Positions 29,530 through 36,788 of a DNA stretch of 64,000 nt are shown here, one piece after another. Within the stretch, counting starts at the first letter, position 1; every line of letters begins with the position of its first letter. A program made the position numbers and the translations under genes. The DNA is taken from contig JAXMHA010000005.1 in NCBI GenBank assembly GCA_046347015.1, positions 65,747-129,746 on the forward strand, written 5' to 3'. The stretch comes from Lysobacterales bacterium (GTDB lineage: Bacteria; Pseudomonadota; Gammaproteobacteria; Xanthomonadales; Rhodanobacteraceae). The notes below the pieces were generated by a model, which worked only from the letters and a program-made list of their open reading frames with translations, searched no databases and had not been told where the DNA came from.

Positions 29530-30915
29530 CTACTTTGCGATGGTCTTTTGCGGCCCCGACAACGCCTGTCGCACGCCGGTCTTGTACATGACGGCGATGT
29601 AGTACCAGTACGGTGTCCTTTCACGGCCGTCGTATCGCGCCACTGGTATTCGACGGGACCTGTGCCGTTGTCGATCGCGGCGACCATGTGATCGCCAACG
29701 ACCTTGAACGGTCCATCCGCGGAATCGCCGCGGAACACCTGATAGCCGTGCACGTTGCCCTGGTGCAACCTGCCATTTCAGGAGCGGCCCCTCGCCCGGC
29801 GGCGTCGGCATCACCTTCAATGGAGGTTGAATCCGGCGGTTTCGGCATCTCGACTTTCTGGATGCCCGGAGGCGGCTTCGGCGATACCCGACGGCGCGGG
29901 CGGCGCGGCGAAGATGCCGAAGATCGACAGCGTCAGGTGCTTCTTCTGCTCCGGCAGCGGCACGTCGAGGTCGTACTTGAAGAACCCCGGTGCTTGATTC
30001 TTGCCGACATCGATCACCAATGCACGGCAGCCGCGGCGCGCAGGATCGCAATCACGGAGTTGAAAGTCGCGTCGAGGGTGCGGCCGATCAGGTCCGATGC
30101 ACGGTCACTTTGCGCTGATCGTGAACGCCTTGCCCTGAGTGTCGACCAAGTCAACGGACAACGCGCGTTGTGCAGCCCACGCCACGGTGCCGAACCAGTG
30201 TGGATTCTTCTCCGGTCCGATTTCACCCTTCACCGATCCGGTCACCTGCACCCAGGCTTCCGGTTGCTGCGGGCTGTCGATCGCAAGCTTCACCATCTCG
30301 TCGAACGGACCCCACGGCGCGTCTTCGCCAACCTCGGTGGTGACCGACCGGCCATCGGCACCCATCGCGGCATGCAGGAACGGCGGAGCGGACAGGATCT
30401 TCGTGATGCGGAAGCCCGGGGTCAGCTGCTCGCCAGCGCTGGCCGTTTCGTTACCGGTCCCGCAGCGACGTCGACATCACCGAAGGTGATTCGCGGATGC
30501 GGATCGTCGAGCACCGACATCACGAACCCGCTGGCCCGCGCGAACATCGGCCTGGCGCCGGCGCCGTCGATGCGCGGAACGTCCAAGCGATCTCGCCGGC
30601 GATGTTGCGCGTGTTGACGTGCGTCGCGGTGATCTTCGCTTGCGTGCGGCTCCAACGTCAGATGCGACGGCGTCGCGGAGTTGTGGTCCGTCGCACCGGA
30701 ACGATGTCCAGCGTCAACGGCGTGTCGCCCGCGTTCGTCAACGTGAACGCACAGCCGGCGGGCGCGAACGCATACACCTCGCCGAAATCGCAGTCCTGCA
30801 CCTTCAGCGGACTTGCTGCCGGTGTCGCGGCATGCAGCGGTCCCGCAAACGACAATGATGCGGTGAGCACACCAAAGGTGTAAGTCAGCGTCGGGACATA
30901 CCGAATCAACGACAT
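29530..30915 (-). pseudogene. Secreted protein with DUF1573-like (ASH/PapD-like) domain(s) and an FN3-like C-terminus, fragmented over about 9 ORF pieces
   Basis: MSLIRYVPTLTYTFGVLTASLSFAGPLHA (signal peptide). DCDFGEVYAFAPAGCAFTLTNAGDTPLTL (DUF1573-like). C-terminus: GNVHGYQVFRGDSADGPFKVV...YQWRDTTAVKG / YWYYIAVMYKTGVRQALSGPQ (FN3-like). Pieces: 30658..30951, 30422..30655, 30105..30365, 30014..30226, 29817..30020, 29621..29848, 29472..29768, 29530..30051. Confidence 0.6.
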
Positions 30916-30988
30916 TGCAGCGACCTCGCGCAGACTGCCGGCAGCATACAACGACCCGACAGTGACCGGCGCACTGGAACTACCGCAA

Positions 30989-31006
30989 GTGATACAGTAG
31001 TATCAC
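30989..31006 (+). promoter_or_regulatory. Perfect inverted repeat GTGATAC-N4-GTATCAC immediately upstream of the antitoxin ATG (candidate TA operator)
   Basis: gtgatacagtagtatcac at 30989-31006, with the ATG at 31010. It contains a TAGTAT -10-like hexamer (30998-31003) and there is no Shine-Dalgarno sequence. Function is inferred. Confidence 0.45.
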
Positions 31007-31009
31007 TCC

Positions 31010-31285
31010 ATGCGCACCGAACTCGTGACGACACTCAAGCGGCAGGCCACGGCCCTGCTCGCGGACATCGAGCGCGACAGGAAACCGATCCTGATCACCC
31101 AACATGGCCTGCCCGGTGCGTATCTGGTCGACGTGGAAACCTGGCAGTTGCAACAGGAGCGCATGGCCATCCTCGGTGGAATCGCACGCGGAGAAATGGC
31201 TATCGCGGAGGCCGCACGCTCACGCAAGCGCAGACTGAGAAACGGCTGGCGCAGTGGTCGAGCAGTTCGACCGAGCCAGCGATAG
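31010..31285 (+). pseudogene. Phd/YefM-family antitoxin (N-terminal domain intact, C-terminus out of frame)
   Basis: MRTELVTTLKRQATALLADIERDRKPILITQHGLPGAYLVDVETWQ is a Phd/YefM signature. The expected tail GRTLTQAQTEKRLAQW lies in the -1 frame from about 31210. Confidence 0.65.
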
Positions 31286-31557
31286 CAGACCTCGAAGCCA
31301 TCGCCGAATACATTTCTCTGACAACCCTGCCGCTGCACGCGCGCCGATACAGCGCATCGTGCAGCATGTTCGCCAGCTTTCCGGACCAACTGGAAAGCGG
31401 CGTCCGACCTCGCGAGCTGGGTCCGCGCAGCCGCTACAGGCAGATCGTCGAGCCACCCTGCCGCGTCTTCTACCGCTTCGATGGCCGAGCGGCCTACATC
31501 GTCCACGTGATGCGCGCGGAGCGGATACTCAGACGCGGCGTCTTGACGCGACGCTAG
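31256..31557 (+). pseudogene. ParE/RelE-superfamily toxin, two compensating frame switches, no own start codon
   Basis: PAIADLEAIAEYIS (frame 1), DNPAAARAPIQRIVQHVRQL (frame 0, ORF 31254..), FPDQLESGVRPRELGPRSRYRQIVEPPCRVFYRFDGRAAYIVHVMRAERIL (frame 1, ORF 31366..31557). Together these form a ParE-like sequence. Confidence 0.6.
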
Positions 31558-31801
31558 TACCCGGACGACACGTCGTTGCGAAACGGTCGAAGCTGTCGAG
31601 TCTGCTCCCATCGATACCGAGCGCGACGATACTCGCGACGACCGCGGCTGCGATCGACGCGGCCGAACGAAAATGAAGCATCTCCGGACCTCCAAGACGC
31701 GAATCGGAGAAGGCAACAGCGCGCCAACCCCGCGGGGTCGTTTCGCAGCCTATCGAACGTGCGCATCGCCGTGTCCGCGATTGCGTGGCCACAGCAACCC
31801 C

Positions 31802-32209
31802 ATGCAACCTGCCGCGCCGAACTCCCCTTGTCGAACTGTTCGTAGCCCGGCTCCTGAACGGGTGCCGGATCTGCTGGCGGTGTACCGGTTCGGTTCGTTC
31901 GACACGCCGGCTCAACGACCCGACAGCGACATCGACCTCGGACTGCTCGGTGAGGCCCCGCTCGAACCGGTGTTCCTTTTCGACCTCGCCGGTGAGCCCC
32001 GACGCTCGCCCTCCGCGAAGTGGACCTGATCGACCTCATCACGTGCTCCACCGTGCTGCGCGCACAAGTCGTCGCGACAGGCGAGCGGGTGTTCTGCCGC
32101 GACCGCTATCGCTGCGAGTCATTCGCCACCACGGCGTTCAGCCGCTACGCCCACCTCAACGAGGCGCGACGGGCGATCCTCGACGACATTGCCGCGCGAG
32201 CTGCGGTGA
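31802..32209 (+). pseudogene. MNT-type nucleotidyltransferase antitoxin (MntA-like), frameshifted
   Basis: LLAVYRFGSFDTPAQRPDSDIDLGLL (GS...DxD, 31892-31936) in ORF 31673..32029. The continuation REVDLIDLITCSTVLRAQVVATGERVF is in ORF 32020... ATG 31802 is a possible start. Confidence 0.6.
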
Positions 32210-32650
32210 TTGGCCGACGGCATCGGCCTCGGCAAGCTGGCGATCATCGAGCGGCGCCTCGCGCGCATACGCGAGGAGCAGCACCGGGGCACGCAACCGA
32301 GCTGGCGACGAACCTGACGCGGCAGGACGCGATCGTGCCGAACCTGCAGCGCGCCTGCTGTGAAGCGCGATCGACCGCGCCAAGCAAACCGTCCGAATGC
32401 GCAACTCTGGTCTGCCGCAGGACGCGCGCGATGCCTTCACGCTGCTGGAGGGTGCTTGTTCGATCGACACCGACAATGCAGCGCGGATGCGCGCGATGGT
32501 CGGTTTCCGCAATGTCGCCGTGCATCGCTATCGGGACCTCAGCCTGCCGACCCTGCGCGCGATACGGGACACGCGCGATCGGCGACTTCACCGCGTTCGC
32601 CAAGCGGGGCGGCTGGCTGACAGGACATCCACGTCGGCCATACCGCCCCT
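32210..32650 (+). pseudogene. HEPN (DUF86/HepT-like) toxin, at least three frame switches; 3' end approximate
   Basis: TTG 32210 right after TGA gives LADGIGLGKLAIIERRLARIREE. Then ELATNLTRQDAIVPNLQRAC. Then ORF 32397.. has LPQDARDAFTLLEGACSIDTDNAARMRAMVGFRNVAVHRY, with the Rx4H motif RNVAVH at 32508-32525. Confidence 0.6.
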
Positions 32651-32757
32651 TGGGCCTGAAGCGACGCTGCCAATCCGCAGGCACGATGCACGCCCTGCGG
32701 GCATCGCGTCCAACGTTACCCTTTCCCGTTCTCACGCGAAGGCGGAAGCTCTGACGC

Positions 32758-32788
32758 AAAGAAAAGCCCGGCCGGAGCCGGGCTTTTC
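32758..32788. terminator. Bidirectional rho-independent terminator
   Basis: AAAGAAAAGCCCGGC-CGGA-GCCGGGCTTTTCG: perfect 8-bp GC stem flanked by an A-run and a T-run. It lies 29 nt after the stop of the minus-strand secreted-protein gene. Confidence 0.8.
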
Positions 32789-32816
32789 GTGTTGCGGATC
32801 GCGCGACTGGCGTCGA

Positions 32817-33311
32817 TCAGTTGATCTGGAACTCCTGCAGCGTGACCGGAAGCGGGTCCGGGGTCGTGAAGGTCAACACGCCGTTCGCAGCCGGCCCACT
32901 CCGCAGCGGCACCGGTGATCGCCAACCAGTACGGTGTCGACGGTGCCGTGATCCCCGCCAAACTGATGCCTGAGCCAACGGCTGCGGTTGCACCAATGAC
33001 ACCGTTGTCGGTTCCCGCCGAGCAGGCGTTCAACAGGTACATCGCGAAGAACTGAAAGCCGGCAGTCGGAACGATCGAGCCCGTCGGAGCAGTCGTGCCG
33101 GTCGTGAACGCGGAACATGTAGTCATTCGACGGGCTAGAAGCCGCACCGTAACCACCGATCCAGTTGGTCGTGGTGGTGGTAATGGCGCTGAACGTGCCG
33201 TTCGCCGTCAGCGGAACTGACTCCGCGCAACTACCGCCGGGGCTGCCTGTGCGGAACGGCAAACCCGCCAATGGCGAGTGCCGCAATCAGGGCTGTGCAG
33301 AGCTTCTTCAT
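32817..33311 (-). pseudogene. Small secreted protein A (about 165 aa if reconstructed), no recognisable family, three frame switches
   Basis: GGAG then ATG 33311 gives MKKLCTALIAALAIGGFAVP (signal peptide). Body in ORFs 32873..33286 and 32716..33156. Tail ...PAANGVLTFTTPDPLPVTLQEFQIN* in ORF 32817..33002. Confidence 0.5.
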
Positions 33312-33351
33312 CAGTGTGTCACTCCGTAGCGATTGAACAAGGGACGCGTTG

Positions 33352-34074
33352 TTATATCAGAAACCAATGAACGTCTGGCGGCGCGAGTCGAACTGGTCCA
33401 AGCCGACGGGCATGTCCGTTTCGATTTGCGACGAAACCTGGCGCGGCATTCGACAAGCCAAGGAATGCCGTATCAATAGTCTGCGTGTTGCTGAAGGTCG
33501 TAACGCTCACGTCCGGCGAGGCTTCAACATTGTTGTTGACCCACATGCTGAAATGCGGCGTACCACTTACAGCACCGGTGTCATAGTCAAACTCGACGTA
33601 GTTCGTGCCAGCCGAAAGTGGAAGAAATCGATGTGACTCCACTCTGAATCTGCCGGATTCTGAACAATGTAGGTAATTCCCGATCCGCCGCCGCTGTCAC
33701 CAACGACGCCGAGGACTATCGGCGAAGTGAGTGCACCCGCTTGCTGATGCTGAAAACGCCGATGGAGTCGACGAGTCCGAGGTTGGTCAAGTTATCGGCG
33801 TCAATAATGAACTGCACACGATAGCGCGGTTCGGCAGCCGGCTGTCGTCCTCGACCACGGCCTGCGACGAGGCGTCACCGGTAAGCGTCGAGTCCATGCG
33901 GCACGGCGTTCCGGCGTAGCCACCCGCAGCGATCACCGCGGTGCCGCCCAACGCATTGACCGCCGTCCACGGCGGAACCGGGCTGGCCGGGCAACCGGCG
34001 AGCGCACTGCCAGCAAAGCCGAAACCCGCAAGACCGAGCAGGGCCAACGAAAGGACTTTTGTCTTCGCAGTCAT
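33352..34074 (-). pseudogene. Small secreted protein B (about 240 aa if reconstructed), no recognisable family, three to four frame switches
   Basis: GGAG then ATG 34074 gives MTAKTKVLSLALLGLAGFGFAGSALAGC (signal peptide or lipobox-like). Pieces: ...QAVVEDDS / PAAEPRYRVQFIIDADNLTNLGLVDSIGVFSIS / QQAGALTSPIVLGVVGDSGGGSGITYIVQNPADSEWSHIDFFHF / LSAGTNYVEFDYDTGAVSGTPHFSMWVNNN... (ORF 33352..33642). Confidence 0.5.
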
Positions 34075-34390
34075 GGAAATCTCCGGTGGTTGTCCGGGCG
34101 GGCTGCAGCGCCCCTCCCCAGGGTAAGTGTCGGTTAACCAAGCCCGATCCGCGCGGACCTTAACGGGATCTTGCCCCGCTGTCAACACGGTTTCGGCGTG
34201 GGCCTGGTCCGAATGTGCCTTGTTCGACAGTTGCCCCGGCTGCAACGGGCGCCCCTGCCGGCCATCGGCGGATACGGCATCGCCTCCGGCCCACGAAGCC
34301 ATAGACGCGCGGAGGGGTCGAAACCGGACACAGGGCTCGGGGGCCCGAGTCATCGGCCACGTTGGGCTGGCGCTGTTGGGATTCTGAAGC

Positions 34391-34780
34391 TCACCCCGAC
34401 CTGCGGTCGCCCTCGGCGCGCTCGTCGTCTGCTGCCGGGTTGCCCCCAAGCCGCCCCAGCTCGTCCTCGAGGATCGCGAGTTTCTGCGTCAGCCGCCGCA
34501 ACCGGCGTTCCTGCCGCGAGCGGTCGATGTCGAGCTTCAGCAGCCGGATCAGGATCAGCGACACGCCGACGATGATCGGCAGCACTGGCGCGTACGAAAT
34601 GCCGGTCAGGTGGCCCAGCCACTCGACCAGCGACGGAAACACGCCGAGGGCGAATGTCGCCGCCGCGACGCCGAACCACCACAGCGCATACGGCCCGTGC
34701 AGGTGGTCGCGGCGGACGAGGAACAGGATCGCGCCGGCCAGCACGATGCCGATGACGGCGGAAGTGATTTGTGCGGTCAT
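34391..34780 (-). CDS. DUF2304 family small membrane protein
   Basis: ATG 34780: MTAQITSAVIGIVLAGAILFLVRRDHLHGPYALWWFGVAATFALGVFPSLVEWLGHLTGISYAPV...LTQKLAILEDEL matches the remembered DUF2304 pattern. ATGA overlap with the GT2 stop. Confidence 0.8.
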   Translation of the reverse strand: MTAQITSAVIGIVLAGAILFLVRRDHLHGPYALWWFGVAAATFALGVFPSLVEWLGHLTGISYAPVLPIIVGVSLILIRLLKLDIDRSRQERRLRRLTQKLAILEDELGRLGGNPAADDERAEGDRRSG

Positions 34781-35559
34781 GATGGGTGGGGTGCCCGATG
34801 CGAAGGTGCCGGCGAGGCCTCGAACCGCGCGAGGCACAGCACGGTCGTCTGCGCCATGTAGCGGGCGACCACGGGCCACGACGCGAACACACGCGAATGG
34901 CCGGCCCGGCGCGGTTGCATCGGCACCGGCGTCTCGACCAGCAAATAGCCGCTGCGCGCCAGCAGGATCAGCACGCCGACGTCCTGGTAGTCCAGCAGGC
35001 TCGCCGCCGGTGAGGCGAGCAATTCCACCGCGCGCGGTCCGTACAGGCGCAGCCCTGACGTGAAGTCGTGCAGCGGCAGCCGCGTCAATGCACGCAGGTA
35101 CCGCCACGCCACTCGCTTGGCGCGGCTCAGCCGCTCGACGCAGGTGCCGATGACGACGTCGGCTTCCGTCCGCGCCTGGGCATCGAACAACGCCGGCAGG
35201 GTTTCCGGGAGGTGCTGGCCGTCGGCGTCGAGCGTGACGACGCTGGTGCAGCCGTGCCGCGCCGCATAGCGGATGCCGGTCTGGGTCGCGCCCCACGCGC
35301 CGAGGCCGAGCGGCAGCGTCAGCACCCGGGCACCCGCCGCGCGCGCCGCCGCGGCGGTGTCGTCACGGCTCGCGTCGTCGACGACGAGGACCGGGGCGCC
35401 CAGCACACGGCGCGCCCCGGTCACAACCTGGCCAATGGTCGGCGCTTCGTCACGCGCCGGGATGACGACGAGGCAGCGGCGCGGATCGAGCTGGGGCGTT
35501 CCGGGGTCGGGCACGGGAAGGATGTGCGCGGAGGGAGTGCGATTCTGGGCACGGCCCAT
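34777..35559 (-). CDS. Family-2 glycosyltransferase, polyprenyl-phosphate sugar synthase type (Dpm1/GtrB/ArnC-like)
   Basis: ATG 35559: ...CLVVIPARDEAPTIGQVV...LVVDDASRDDT...VVTLDADGQHLPE...DFTSGLRLY. Soluble about 260-aa form without C-terminal TM helices. Confidence 0.8.
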   Translation of the reverse strand: MGRAQNRTPSAHILPVPDPGTPQLDPRRCLVVIPARDEAPTIGQVVTGARRVLGAPVLVVDDASRDDTAAAARAAGARVLTLPLGLGAWGATQTGIRYAARHGCTSVVTLDADGQHLPETLPALFDAQARTEADVVIGTCVERLSRAKRVAWRYLRALTRLPLHDFTSGLRLYGPRAVELLASPAASLLDYQDVGVLILLARSGYLLVETPVPMQPRRAGHSRVFASWPVVARYMAQTTVLCLARFEASPAPSHRAPHPS

Positions 35560-35615
35560 GCGTTCCGCAAGCGCCGTCTGTCGCCTGGGTCCTTTTCGCG
35601 TAGCATCGCGCCGAC

Positions 35616-36764
35616 ATGCGCATCCTGCACGTCGGCAAGTTCTACCCTCCCGAACGCGGCGGCATCGAGCAGTACACGGCGGCCCTCGCGCGGTTCGCCG
35701 CCAGCGCCGGGGACGCCGTTGCCGTGTTGGCGCACCAGCGGCCCGGCGTGCGGCGAACCACCGTGGAAACGATCGACGGCGTCGCCGTGACGCGGGTCGG
35801 CTGCCTCGGCGCCTTCGCCTACGCCCCGCTGGCGCCGGCGTTCCCGGTCGTGGCGCGGCGCGTGGTCGCCTCTTTCCGGCCCGACCTGATCCACATCCAC
35901 GTGCCGAACCCTTCGGCATTCGCGTTGCTGGCGCTGCCAGGCGCGCGACGCGTGCCCTGGATCGTCCAATGGCAGGCCGACATCGACGCCGATGCGGTCG
36001 GCGCGGGGATGCGGGCGTTGTATTGCGTGTACCGGCCGTTCGAGACGGCGCTGCTGCGGCGCTCCCGCGCCATCATCGCGAGCTCGACCGCCTACGCCGA
36101 CGCGAGCCGGCCCCTCGCCCGCTGGCGCGACAAGGTCCACGTGGTGCCGCTTGGCATCGGCCCCTCGGCTGCGCCGCGTGCGGGTGGATCCGCATGCTGG
36201 CCCCAGCGACCTGGAATGAAGCTGCTCGCGGTCGGACGGTTGTCACACTACAAGGGCTTCGACGTACTGTTCGATGCGCTCACACATTGCGCCGATGCGA
36301 ACCTGCTGCTGGTCGGTACCGGCGAATGCGAAGCGGCGCTGCGCGCGCAGGTCGACACGCTCGGACTCGGCGGGCGGGTCGTGATGGCGGGCGATCTCTC
36401 CGACGCAAGCCTCGCCGCCGCGTACGCCAGTTCCGATGCGTTCGTGCTGCCGTCGCTGAACCGCAGCGAGTCGTTCGGGCTCGTGCTGCTCGAAGCGATG
36501 CGTGCCGGCCTGCCGGTCATCGCGAGCGACATTCCCGGATCCGGCGTCGGCAGCATCGTCGTCGAGGGCGTGACCGGACGACTGGTGCCGCCGGGCGATG
36601 CGCGGGCACTGGCCGGAGCAATTGCGGCGCTTGCGGATCCCGTTTCGCGCACGGCGCTCGGCCACGCGGGCTACGCGCGCTGGCTGGAACGGTTCACCTT
36701 GGAACGCTCGGCGCGCGCCGTGCGTGAAATCCAATGCCGAATCGTGGCAGCCGAAAGCACCTGA
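35616..36764 (+). CDS. Family-4 (GT-B) glycosyltransferase
   Basis: MRILHVGKFYPPERGGIEQY..., C-terminal EsFGLVLLEAMRAGLPVIASD motif. Divergent from the GT2 gene by 56 nt. Confidence 0.82.
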   Translation: MRILHVGKFYPPERGGIEQYTAALARFAASAGDAVAVLAHQRPGVRRTTVETIDGVAVTRVGCLGAFAYAPLAPAFPVVARRVVASFRPDLIHIHVPNPSAFALLALPGARRVPWIVQWQADIDADAVGAGMRALYCVYRPFETALLRRSRAIIASSTAYADASRPLARWRDKVHVVPLGIGPSAAPRAGGSACWPQRPGMKLLAVGRLSHYKGFDVLFDALTHCADANLLLVGTGECEAALRAQVDTLGLGGRVVMAGDLSDASLAAAYASSDAFVLPSLNRSESFGLVLLEAMRAGLPVIASDIPGSGVGSIVVEGVTGRLVPPGDARALAGAIAALADPVSRTALGHAGYARWLERFTLERSARAVREIQCRIVAAEST

Positions 36765-36788
36765 ACGGTTGCATCGCGGGGCGTCGTT

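Noticed and set aside
29613-30617. 334-aa plus-strand ORF inside the island.
   Set aside because: Arg-rich, motif-free, and antisense to segments that translate into signal-peptide, DUF1573-like and FN3-like sequence.
32758-32788. The two near-identical hairpins AAAAGCCCGGCC-N4-GGCCGGGCTTTT (32758-32788 and 56235-56267) as copies of a REP/MITE-like element.
   Set aside because: Only the short GC stem is shared and the flanks differ. Both sit exactly at gene ends, so ordinary bidirectional terminators are the simpler explanation.
25786-34390. Classical mobile genomic island (integrase, transposase, att direct repeats, tRNA insertion site).
   Set aside because: No integrase, transposase or recombinase-like ORF in any frame. 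I could spot no direct repeats at the borders. The only tRNA is 16 kb away. The island is called only on composition, content and indel load.
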